IMG/VR virus record: IMGVR_UViG_3300037313_000148
Coordinates: 1-30,867 of that record
Source: a virus
Lineage: Duplodnaviria > Caudoviricetes
Reading direction: 5' to 3' (one strand)
DNA: 30,867 nucleotides
This document shows, piece by piece, positions 22,806 through 30,867 of this stretch. Numbering within the stretch: position 1 is the first letter of the stretch; the number at the start of each line of letters is the position of its first letter. The notes beneath the pieces are model-generated. The model was not told the DNA's origin. It did no database searches and was given only the letters and a program-made list of their open reading frames with translations. The translations under genes and the position numbers were made by a program.

Positions 22806-23254
22806 CAGTCGCCGGTCCTCTCGCGGATCTTCTTCGCGAGGTGCTCGATGACCTCGTCACGCTTCTCCGACATGGCGCGCTCGAGGTATTTGGCCTCGCC
22901 GTCGGCGTGATGCCAGTCCATGTGCTCGTGCTGCAGGGAGGCGTAGACGGTGTTGAAGGAGATCCCGACCCGGCGTTCGTCGCGCTCTTCGTTGACCTCG
23001 CACGACTCGCGCAGCTCGCCGGGTGCGCCGCCCTGGCCGCCGCCGAACCGGCCGGCGCGCTTGTAGTGCTCAGGGACTAGAAGGGGCGCCTTCTCGACCG
23101 CAGCAGGCTTCACGATGTCCTCGGCCGCCTCATGGAGCGCATCCAGGGCCAAGTTGAGGATCTCCCGCGCAGCCAGTGACGCCTCGCCGCCGGTGACGAG
23201 CCTTGGCAGGATGTTGCGCGAGAACTCGATGCCGGTGAACTCGTCGCCGCTCAT
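22805..23254 (-). CDS. HK97 gp10-like neck/tail completion protein, 149 aa
   Basis: ATG at 23254; GELRES...ISFNTVYASLQHEHMDWHH..GEAKYLERAM. Confidence 0.82.
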   Translation of the reverse strand: MSGDEFTGIEFSRNILPRLVTGGEASLAAREILNLALDALHEAAEDIVKPAAVEKAPLLVPEHYKRAGRFGGGQGGAPGELRESCEVNEERDERRVGISFNTVYASLQHEHMDWHHADGEAKYLERAMSEKRDEVIEHLAKKIRERTGD

Positions 23255-23568
23255 GTCAGGTGAACCTCGACATGTGACGGCAGCGGCAGAGTTCCGCCGT
23301 CGTTGGCGTTCGTGGTGATGACTCGCGCAACGCGGCCGGAGACGGTGACCTTGGAGTCGGCCGCGAAGAGTGCCGCCTGGTCGATGGGCGCGTAGACGAT
23401 GCTCTGCGACACAACCTCTTCGTCGTGCTGGCTGCGCACGAGGTGGGTCTGGTCGTTGACGAAGCAGGACACGGTGACCGGATCTGCCCAGACGTCGCCG
23501 ATGGCGTTCTGGCCGATGCGCGTCTCCACCTGGACGGTGTGCACCCAGAAGACGCTCATCGCGCCCAT
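23251..23568 (-). CDS. head-to-tail stopper (head closure)
   Basis: HTVQVET..G....GD.WADPVTVSC...LVRS...EEVVS...SKVTV.GR...HVEVHL. Confidence 0.8.
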   Translation of the reverse strand: MGAMSVFWVHTVQVETRIGQNAIGDVWADPVTVSCFVNDQTHLVRSQHDEEVVSQSIVYAPIDQAALFAADSKVTVSGRVARVITTNANDGGTLPLPSHVEVHLT

Positions 23569-24086
23569 CAGCGGACTCGCGGGATGCGGTATCCGTCAAG
23601 GACCCACTGCTCGGTCTGCAGGAGACCGCCCCCTGCAATGGTCGGGGAGTAGTCGAGCTCGGCGGTGCCGATCTTCGCCTTGGTCGCGCCACCTAGTGGG
23701 GTGCGTGAGCCGATGGAGCTGATGGCGGCTGCGAGGTCGTCGGGGATCGTGTCGCCATATCCGCCCGACCAGACGACCGCGACGTTGCGCAGCCCGCGCG
23801 GCCAGAACTGGAAGGGTCGGTTGAGTGGCGGCAGCAGTCGGAGCTCGCCCTTCGCGTCCCACACAACGTCGCCGGACTGGTCGACATCGGTTGAGACGAC
23901 GAGGGTGTAGACGTCAGCCCCGATGGTGACCAGCACGGACGTGACATCGGTGACTGCGAGCGAGGGCAGGAAGAGCGACTCGGTTCCGTTGCCGTTCAGG
24001 AGCGCCGTCGCGTTAGTGACCTGCTCGGTAGGGTCCCAGCCGCAGTAGGCCTTGACCGCGGCGAGGGCGAGCGGGTCGATTGCCAT
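23568..24086 (-). CDS. head-to-tail adaptor
   Basis: VKAYCGW...LNGNG...LFLPSL.VTDVTSV...WPRGLRNVAVVWSGGY...IPDDL...LDGYRI. Confidence 0.85.
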   Translation of the reverse strand: MAIDPLALAAVKAYCGWDPTEQVTNATALLNGNGTESLFLPSLAVTDVTSVLVTIGADVYTLVVSTDVDQSGDVVWDAKGELRLLPPLNRPFQFWPRGLRNVAVVWSGGYGDTIPDDLAAAISSIGSRTPLGGATKAKIGTAELDYSPTIAGGGLLQTEQWVLDGYRIPRVR

Positions 24087-24095
24087 AGCGACGGG

Positions 24096-24275
24096 TCAGG
24101 CGCTCTCGGGCGTAACGACCTTGGTGGCGACGACGGCCGCGGGGGCGTCGGTGTCGGGCTTGGGGCCGACGATCGCCTCGTAGTCGTCGCAGTAGACCGT
24201 TCCAGCGGGCTCGCACTGAACGCGCGTGGTGGCCGTCTGGGTCTCGTCCGGGGTGATGGTCTCGTCGTCGCTCAT
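24096..24275 (-). CDS. small acidic protein after capsid, 59 aa
   Basis: AAGGAG SD, ATG at 24275; MSDDETITPDETQ... Confidence 0.65.
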   Translation of the reverse strand: MSDDETITPDETQTATTRVQCEPAGTVYCDDYEAIVGPKPDTDAPAAVVATKVVTPESA

Positions 24276-24303
24276 GGTCGTCTCCTTGGTGGGGTCTGGT
24301 TGG

Positions 24304-24340
24304 CCAGTAGGGCGGCCGGGATTGCCAGCCGCCCTACTGG
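24304..24340 (-). terminator. strong hairpin after the capsid gene (attenuator or mRNA stabiliser, no U tract)
   Basis: CCAGTAGGGCGGC / GCCGCCCTACTGG, perfect 13-bp stem. Confidence 0.65.
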
Positions 24341-24349
24341 TGGATCGGG

Positions 24350-25603
24350 CTACGCCCAGGTCACAGCGACCTTGCCGAAGCCGCCGGGGCGGTAGACGGC
24401 GAGCGCCGAGCGGGACTCGGCGCGGACGAGGATGAGGTTGTTCTTGAAGTCGTCCTCGTTGGAGTTGGTCATCTCGACCGTGATCCCCATCCGGCGGAAG
24501 AACTGGCCGCACTCGGCGTAGGAGCCGACCAGGATGGTGCCGGCGGCGATGCGCGGGGTGATGACCACGCGCAGGCCCCACAGGGCGTCGACGTTGGAGT
24601 AGCCGCCGTTGCCGTAGGCGCCCGTGAAGGGACCGCCGCTGTAGTACTGCTTGTTGCCATCCTTGGCGAGGCGCAGGTACTGCCAGTCGGTCGGGTTGAT
24701 GACGATCGCGTCCGGCTCAACGAAGGCGTTGAAGCGGATCGCGGTGACCTGCTGGTAGATCGCGTCCATGACCAGTGACGGGTTGGCCAGCGTGCCGGTG
24801 GTGACCGAGATGGTCGTCTGCAGGCCGGAGCGACCCATGACGCCCGCGAGCGCCGGGTAGCCGGAGCCGTTGAGTGCCTCGTTGTCCTCCTCGCGCTGCA
24901 CCTCGGCGACGAGCATGTTCTGCAGGAAGGACTGCGCCTGGGCAGCGTCCTGCAGCATCTCGTCGGTGATCTTGAAGAAGGCCGCGATCTTGCCGACCTG
25001 CTCGTTGACCCGAGCGAACGTCGCGTCGGACTGCGGCTTGGCGGCGGCCTCGGCGACAGCAGCGGCGCCGACGGTCTCGGCGGACTGCTTGACGTAGGAC
25101 ACGATCGGGCTCGTGGTCGATCCCTGCGCAAACAGGGCCGCGACGGCGAGCGGCGCGTACTTGATCGGCACGATGCCGGGCAGGAAGTCCGGCAGGGCGA
25201 GCGTGCCCGCATTGCCGTTCAGGAAGCTGCCCGAGATCGTGGTGCCCTCGGCGATAGTGCCTGCGGTCTTGGTTCCGAGCTCCATCGTGGTCGAGAAGCG
25301 CCCCGCCTTGGCCAGGGTGTCGGTCGCGGTCTTGTAGGCGTCCGACTCCACGATCTGCTGGCCGACGGACTTCACGACGGCGCTCTTGGGGGCTTCCTTG
25401 GCGTCATCGGCGGTCTCGCCACCGGAGAGCAGGCGGTTGGCCTGCTCGTGGAGGCTGACCTCGTCCGAGTAGGACTTGAGGTCGGCCTCGAGCGCTTCGA
25501 TCTTCGCAGCCTTCTCGGCGACGCTCAGGGACTCACTGTCCATGACCGACTTCGCCTCAACGGCAAGCTTCTTGATGCCCTCGCGGGCGGTCGCAAGCGA
25601 CAT
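24350..25603 (-). CDS. major capsid protein, HK97 fold with N-terminal delta-like coiled coil
   Basis: VAEAAAKPQSD..F...KIAAFFKITDEMLQD...EDNEALNGSG...IVINPTDW..LRLAKDGN..Y...LWGLRVV...FKNNLILVRAESR. Confidence 0.95.
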   Translation of the reverse strand: MSLATAREGIKKLAVEAKSVMDSESLSVAEKAAKIEALEADLKSYSDEVSLHEQANRLLSGGETADDAKEAPKSAVVKSVGQQIVESDAYKTATDTLAKAGRFSTTMELGTKTAGTIAEGTTISGSFLNGNAGTLALPDFLPGIVPIKYAPLAVAALFAQGSTTSPIVSYVKQSAETVGAAAVAEAAAKPQSDATFARVNEQVGKIAAFFKITDEMLQDAAQAQSFLQNMLVAEVQREEDNEALNGSGYPALAGVMGRSGLQTTISVTTGTLANPSLVMDAIYQQVTAIRFNAFVEPDAIVINPTDWQYLRLAKDGNKQYYSGGPFTGAYGNGGYSNVDALWGLRVVITPRIAAGTILVGSYAECGQFFRRMGITVEMTNSNEDDFKNNLILVRAESRSALAVYRPGGFGKVAVTWA

Positions 25604-25689
25604 TGGAAGGTCTCGCTTTCGCAGAGACCCGCCACGGCTGTGACCCCTTCCTCAAGGGGTCGCGGGTTGGATGGATGAGGTGGTGTTGC

Positions 25690-26880
25690 TCAGGCGAGAG
25701 CGCTGATGAGGCGCAGTGCCCGGTACTGCAGCGTCAGGGCATCCACAGCAGCCGACTCGTCGTCGGTCGCGGAACTTCCCTTGGTGGTGTCAGTGGGTGC
25801 GCCCTGGTCTTCGGGCGCGTCGCCGTCATCGTCGACGGGACCGTCAGATGCGATCTGCAGGGCAGCGGTGAGCGCGCGCTGCGCCGAGTCTGCGTAGGCG
25901 TCCAGCTCGTCTGCTGGCACGCACCAGGCGCTGATGTTGATGTCGAAGCCAGCGATCGAGCCGGAGACGTTGACCGAGACGAGGGTGTCTGGGTCGAGAG
26001 CCTTGATCGCCGCGGCGTCTACCGTCTTGCCCTCGGCGGTGACGACGATAGTCGGGCTCGCAATGGCCTTGGAGCCATCACTAGTCCAGTTCGCGGGGAT
26101 CTCATCGGTGGCGCCGAGGTCCTTGGCGCGACCGATGATGTAGGCGCGGATCTTGTCGTGGTCGCCTGCGCCGCGGCCGACCGCTCGGATCGCGTTGTGG
26201 AGATCCTCGATGTCGGCGATGGGGTAGGAGGGTTCGCCGTCGGCGTTCTCGATCGCCTCGCCCTTGTCGAGCATGGTTCGTAGCTGCTCGGCGTCGTACT
26301 TCGCCGACTTGCCACCCACTGCGCCTTCAGCGGCTCCGGTGTCATCTGACGGGCCGCAGGTCGCGCCGAGTCCCGCCATCAGGTCGTGGGCTTCTTGGAT
26401 GCGCTGCTGGTCGCTGGCCGAGTTCCGGGCGCCAGCCTTCGATGCAAGCACGACGGCGTCGGTGTTCGCCGGGACCGCGACGAACGCCCCGTTGAGGAGT
26501 TCGCGGGAGACGCTGGACTTGCCGTCCTTCGTGGTCGAGCGGTGCCGCGCGAAGGCGACCGAGGTTGTGCGGATGTGGCCCTCCTTGACGAGGGTGCGCA
26601 CATCCTGGGCCTTCTGCAGCGACGAGTAGGTGCCGTTGACCAGGAGACGGCCCTGGTCGTCGAAGTACGGCTTGCCGGAGCCGACGGTCTTCTCCACGGA
26701 CATGCCGTGGTCGATGTCGAACGTGATGTGGTCGGGGAGCGGCTCCTGCCACTCCTCACGCTTCACCTCTTCGCCGTCACGGTCCTTCGTGCCGGTGGAG
26801 AGAACGACACTGAAGGTGCCGGGGTAGTCGTCGTCCGAGCCGGTGTTCTCGATCGTCGCGGACTTGTACTCGACGTCCAT
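25690..26880 (-). CDS. HK97-type prohead protease with C-terminal extra domains
   Basis: STGTKDRDGE...DHG...VG...VKEGHIRTTSVAF...ELLNGAFVAVPAN. Confidence 0.88.
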   Translation of the reverse strand: MDVEYKSATIENTGSDDDYPGTFSVVLSTGTKDRDGEEVKREEWQEPLPDHITFDIDHGMSVEKTVGSGKPYFDDQGRLLVNGTYSSLQKAQDVRTLVKEGHIRTTSVAFARHRSTTKDGKSSVSRELLNGAFVAVPANTDAVVLASKAGARNSASDQQRIQEAHDLMAGLGATCGPSDDTGAAEGAVGGKSAKYDAEQLRTMLDKGEAIENADGEPSYPIADIEDLHNAIRAVGRGAGDHDKIRAYIIGRAKDLGATDEIPANWTSDGSKAIASPTIVVTAEGKTVDAAAIKALDPDTLVSVNVSGSIAGFDINISAWCVPADELDAYADSAQRALTAALQIASDGPVDDDGDAPEDQGAPTDTTKGSSATDDESAAVDALTLQYRALRLISALA

Positions 26881-28325
26881 CAGTCCTCCTCGGGGCTGCG
26901 GTTAGCGCGGCGCGCGGCTGCGCGGGCGGCGGTACGGGAGCGGGTGCGTGCGGCCGAGGTTGTGCTGGCGATGCCGGGAGCCGTCTTGGCCTCGCGACCG
27001 GCCTCGATCTCTTGCAGGCCGCTCTGCTCCTCGGAGTTGAGTGGCAACGGGTTGGCGGGGTCGCCCGCGGTGATGCGGACCTGCTCGTTGAGCTGGCCCA
27101 GCGGCTGCAGGGCCGAGTTCGCGTAGAGGCGGTTGGCGATCTCGCCAGCGTCGTCGAGATCGAAGAGGGGCCGACCCTCGGAGGGCTTCATGACGCCGTT
27201 GGCGATGAGCTTGATGACGGCGTCGGCCCTGGTCTCGAAGTCGCCGCGAAGCACGTCATCAAGCGCGAACCGCATCTCGAGCTGCTCAGGCTGACCGAAG
27301 TCGGGGGTGAGGTAGTACTCGATGATCGCCTCGAACTCGTCGAGGTCGGGAGCCATCGTGTCTCGGTACATCGAGCGCATCTGCTCGGTGATGTTCGAGA
27401 ACGTCGCGTGGTCAAGGATGTGAACCACTGGCGGCGGTACGTCGTAGACCCCGCACACCTCTTCGCGGTTGAGGATGCGCGACTGGATGTACTGCATCTC
27501 TTCGGCCGTCAGTTGCGTGACGACGGGCTTCGCGCCCTCCTCGAGGAGGAGGGTGCCGCCCATGTTGTCGGCGCCGCCGTGAGCCGAAGAGATCGCAGTG
27601 GAGAGCCTGTCGTAGGCCTTGTCGGACAGCGAGTTCGGGGCCGAGACCATCAGGGATGGACGAGCGCCGCGGGTCCACCAGGACTCGGTCGCGCGTCGCG
27701 CAGCATCCTCGTTGTAGAGGGTTGACCGCAGCGGCTCAAGGGGCGAGACGCCGCGCATCAGGTCGTCCGGGTTGTAGTCCGTGAAGGGGACTACGTCTTC
27801 CTGACTGAGGCGCAGGATGCCGGCGGACGCGACACCGAGGGCGAAGACGTACGTGAGTCGCCCGGTGTCCTTGTCGCGCTGAATGATGGTGCGCGACGGG
27901 TGCATGGGGATCACCCCGAGGACGGGGGAGTTCGTGCCAGCGCCGTCGCGGCGGATCTTGACCCAGAAGGCCTCGCCGTAGACCTTGCGCGTCGACCATG
28001 TCCAGCGGATCAGCTTATGCCGCGGCATGAACGGGCAGGGGCGTCGCCAGAACTGGGCGTAGGCCGACCCGACATCCTGGGTCTTCTCACCGTCGCCGGT
28101 GTTGTCCCAGATGTTGATGGGCAGCCGGGAAGCCGACTTCGCGAGCTTCGAAACCACGGCGTTCACCCACGGCTGGCGGCGGTACAGGTGGCCGTAGAGC
28201 GCGAAGCCGTTGAGGAGGGGAACGCCCTGGCTGGCGTAGAAGTAGCCGGTCGCAGACGGGATCGGCGAGACTTCGGCCAGCGCCTGTGGAGCGAATGGCA
28301 GCGGCGTGCCCCCAGAGACGATCAC
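26880..28325 (-). CDS. portal protein (HK97 family)
   Basis: VYGEAF...PMHPSR...RGVSPLEPL...LLLEEG...EEVCGVYDVPP..V...ATFSNI...LRGDFETR. Confidence 0.95.
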   Translation of the reverse strand: MIVSGGTPLPFAPQALAEVSPIPSATGYFYASQGVPLLNGFALYGHLYRRQPWVNAVVSKLAKSASRLPINIWDNTGDGEKTQDVGSAYAQFWRRPCPFMPRHKLIRWTWSTRKVYGEAFWVKIRRDGAGTNSPVLGVIPMHPSRTIIQRDKDTGRLTYVFALGVASAGILRLSQEDVVPFTDYNPDDLMRGVSPLEPLRSTLYNEDAARRATESWWTRGARPSLMVSAPNSLSDKAYDRLSTAISSAHGGADNMGGTLLLEEGAKPVVTQLTAEEMQYIQSRILNREEVCGVYDVPPPVVHILDHATFSNITEQMRSMYRDTMAPDLDEFEAIIEYYLTPDFGQPEQLEMRFALDDVLRGDFETRADAVIKLIANGVMKPSEGRPLFDLDDAGEIANRLYANSALQPLGQLNEQVRITAGDPANPLPLNSEEQSGLQEIEAGREAKTAPGIASTTSAARTRSRTAARAAARRANRSPEED

Positions 28326-28555
28326 GCGCCGACTCGTTGCATGTAGGCGATGTCCGATCGGGCGATGTAGAGCGCTCCGTCGACCGGGATGCGCGTCTCG
28401 GCGGTCGTGGTCACCGTGACGGCGTCGGCCCTCACGAGCACGAGCGTCGACTCATCGAAGGTCTGCAGCAGGCCCTCGAACGTCTCTCCGGTCTTCATGG
28501 TGACGACGAACTTCGCCAGAACGAGGGTGCGGAGGATCTTGTCGCGTCGAGCCAC
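28322..28555 (-). CDS. Sm/LSm-like small beta-barrel protein, 77 aa
   Basis: GAGGAGG SD; Sm1-like FVVTMKTGETFEGLLQTFDESTLVLVRA and Sm2-like GALYIARSDIAYMQ. Confidence 0.65.
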   Translation of the reverse strand: MARRDKILRTLVLAKFVVTMKTGETFEGLLQTFDESTLVLVRADAVTVTTTAETRIPVDGALYIARSDIAYMQRVGA

Positions 28556-28588
28556 GTGGAGCCTCCTCGGGAGAGCATGGGGACTGGG

Positions 28589-30301
28589 TCAACCGACTGG
28601 GATGACGAGGGGTGCTCGGGTCTCGTAGATCGACTGCTTCTCGGGCTCGGTCGTCATCGCGAGCGCCATGCCGGTGACCAGCGCCGAGACGCCGTCGATC
28701 TTGTCCATCGACTTCGCCTTGTCCGGCTTCACGTTGCCGCTGGGGTCGATGGCAACTCGCAGGTTGTCGATCATCCAGCGCGCGACCATGTTGCCGCCGT
28801 GCCGCAGCGACCCCGTGAGCACGAGTCGCTCGACCTCTTTGAGTGGGGCCGACATCGACTGGTATCCCTGGCCTACCTTCACCATCGGCGCGCCGTCGGC
28901 CTCAAGGTCGATCACGAGCTGAGTGGCGTTCCAGCGGTCATAGCCGACCGCTGTGACATCAAAGGTGTCGAGGTCTTCACGGATCGTCTTCTTGACGTAG
29001 TCGTAGTCCGTTACGTCACCAGGGGTCAGGGTGATGAGGCCCTGTTCAACCCAGGCCGAGCCGTTGCGCTGCGTCCGTGCGTCCAGCTTGTCCAGTGCCG
29101 CCTCGGGCATCCAGAAGCGCCAGATCGCGTCATAGCCCTGGTCGGACGGGAAGAGCCAGCACAGCGCCGTCAGGTCAGAAGTAGACCCGAGGTCCAGGCC
29201 GCCGAAGCACTGTCGGCCGGCGAGGCTGCTGAGGTCGATCGGCGCAGCGTTGGCCTTCGAGTCCCAGCGGTCAAGCGGGATGAACCGTGCGTCCTGTTTG
29301 GCCCGAATTCCCAGGTGCAGCCGCAGGAACGAAGCGAGTTCGATCGGGCCTGACTTGGCTAGGTCGGCTGCGGCGCGCATCGCTGTCGGGTTCGGCGTGA
29401 CCGGGTACAGCGGGTTCGCCTTCGCCCAGGTCTTCTCGACGAACGGGTCGTCTTCCTCGTCAGCAGCGAATACCACGCCGTACATGGCTGGCGCCGAGAT
29501 GACGCCGGCGGCGATCTTCTCGATGGTGGCGCGGCGCTGGGCGTAGACACTGGTGACCTGACCGTCGTCGGCGGTGGTGATGATGAATGTCAGCGGCTGC
29601 CGGCGAGCACCCGTGCCAGTCTCGATCGCCTCAAGCAGGGCTGGGGAGCGGTGGACATGCAACTCGTCCACGAGGGCACCATGCACGTTGAGGCCGTGGG
29701 CTACGGCGCCATCCGAGGAAACGGCCTTGACGTGACTGCCGTCGAGTTCGCGGAGGATGCGGTCGTGCTTCGGCTCGATCCCGGCCTTGCGGAAGATCGG
29801 GTTGGCGTTCGCGACGGCGCGGATGGGCGTGAAGCCCTGCTTGGCCTGCTCGAGCGAAGCCGCACCCAGCACCACCTGGGCGCCAGGCTCTCCGTCGCCG
29901 AATGCGAGGTACATGGCGAGCGCGGAGACGAGCGTCGTCTTGGCGCCCTTGCGCGGCATCTCGACGTAGCCATAGCGGCACACACGGACGATGCGCCCGT
30001 CGTCGTCAGGCCGCACCCAGCCAAAGATGGGGGCGATGATGTAGGCGACCTGGACGTTGGTCGGCTTGATCGGCTGCCCAGCCCACTCGCCCTGGGTATG
30101 CCTGAGATCGGCAAGCATCTTCAGAACGTGGTCGACGCGCTGCGGGTCGAAGTAGGCGCCCGCGACCTCGCGGGGCTCAGGCGTTCGGACCTTCGGAACT
30201 ATCGTCGGCAGGTCGTAGCCGCGGTTATTCAGGTACCACCTGACCTCGGGGGAGAGGTCAGACGCCAGCGGCCGGCGAGCTCCATGCGGAGACCGAGGCA
30301 T
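28589..30301 (-). CDS. terL: terminase large subunit (Terminase_1 type)
   Basis: ATG at 30301 with AAGGAGG upstream; Walker A MPRKGAKTT, Walker B LVDELH, IITTA, nuclease GGLDLGSTSDLTA, YDRWNA, KIDGVSA. Confidence 0.96.
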   Translation of the reverse strand: MPRSPHGARRPLASDLSPEVRWYLNNRGYDLPTIVPKVRTPEPREVAGAYFDPQRVDHVLKMLADLRHTQGEWAGQPIKPTNVQVAYIIAPIFGWVRPDDDGRIVRVCRYGYVEMPRKGAKTTLVSALAMYLAFGDGEPGAQVVLGAASLEQAKQGFTPIRAVANANPIFRKAGIEPKHDRILRELDGSHVKAVSSDGAVAHGLNVHGALVDELHVHRSPALLEAIETGTGARRQPLTFIITTADDGQVTSVYAQRRATIEKIAAGVISAPAMYGVVFAADEEDDPFVEKTWAKANPLYPVTPNPTAMRAAADLAKSGPIELASFLRLHLGIRAKQDARFIPLDRWDSKANAAPIDLSSLAGRQCFGGLDLGSTSDLTALCWLFPSDQGYDAIWRFWMPEAALDKLDARTQRNGSAWVEQGLITLTPGDVTDYDYVKKTIREDLDTFDVTAVGYDRWNATQLVIDLEADGAPMVKVGQGYQSMSAPLKEVERLVLTGSLRHGGNMVARWMIDNLRVAIDPSGNVKPDKAKSMDKIDGVSALVTGMALAMTTEPEKQSIYETRAPLVIPVG

Positions 30302-30803
30302 CCTCAGCCTCCTTCGTGTTCGCCGAGAGCCGCGCACGACTGACGAGCGAACCGCCCATCATCGTGACGCCCAGCCGCACCAGCTCGACCTCAGATCGGA
30401 AGACCTGCTCGGCTGGGTGCTTCTTCACGCCGCCGGCGATAGCGGCATCTACGACCGTGGTCGGGTGGTCCGGGTTGTCGGCCGCGTGGTTCAGGAGATC
30501 TTTGTGCGCCAGGCGCATCGCGACGACGGCGCGCGCGGTCGTCTCGAGCAGCAAGGCGTCGAGCGGAGAGAGCATGTCTGCCGCGGCAAAGGGAGCGACA
30601 AGCTCGTCCCATGCCTGGCTCACGTCATCGTCCTTCGAGACCGAGGCCGGCTTTGCGGGAAGGGCTCGCGGCGTCACGTCAGCCAAGGTCGAGGGGATGG
30701 CACCGTCGGGAACGGCCTTGAGGTGCGCCGGGATCTTCACGCGACCACCTCCTGCGCCGGAGCCGATGCCGGTGGCGGCCTTGTTCTTCGTAGCCACGAC
30801 CAC
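30258..30803 (-). CDS. terS: terminase small subunit (P27-like)
   Basis: IPAHLKAV...AWDELV...LSPLDALLLE...KKHPA...GGSLVSRARL; overlaps the terL start. Confidence 0.85.
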   Translation of the reverse strand: MVVATKNKAATGIGSGAGGGRVKIPAHLKAVPDGAIPSTLADVTPRALPAKPASVSKDDDVSQAWDELVAPFAAADMLSPLDALLLETTARAVVAMRLAHKDLLNHAADNPDHPTTVVDAAIAGGVKKHPAEQVFRSEVELVRLGVTMMGGSLVSRARLSANTKEAEDASVSAWSSPAAGV

Positions 30804-30867
30804 TCTCCGATCTCACATGTGACGTTCTGGACAAAATGGGGAGGTAGGCGTTTGTTTCACGTCGCCC

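Overview
High-GC temperate actinobacteriophage (HK97-type siphovirus), almost entirely on the minus strand. Reading from 30867 down: terS, terL, a 77-aa Sm/LSm-like protein, portal, prohead protease with extra C-terminal domains, major capsid, head-tail connectors, major tail protein (IPT/TIG domain), tail assembly chaperones with a GGGAAAA -1 frameshift, tape measure and minor tail genes. Next come a lysis cassette (DUF1906/GH25-like + CHAP-like endolysin, four membrane proteins, no LysB) and a separately regulated fibre operon behind a divergent ribbon-helix-helix (RHH) gene. An intact attP follows (3' part of tRNA-Val(GAC) with arm repeats on both sides, so the excised/virion form), then a tyrosine integrase, a second RHH gene, a repressor/Cro switch with repeated operators and an excisionase. 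The early operon carries many small Cys-rich proteins, an HNH nuclease, a YqaJ exonuclease and an unassigned partner in the recombinase slot. Highlights: (i) an antisense micro-ORF resembling the repressor dimerisation helices (possible SinI-like anti-repressor); (ii) two RHH cassettes of the same layout either side of attP; (iii) a possible late-operon RNA control layer (hairpin loop complementary to three CAGCCGU repeats over the tail-chaperone start, the same motif in the capsid leader, and a phage Sm-like protein). All family calls come from motif recognition by eye; no searches were run.
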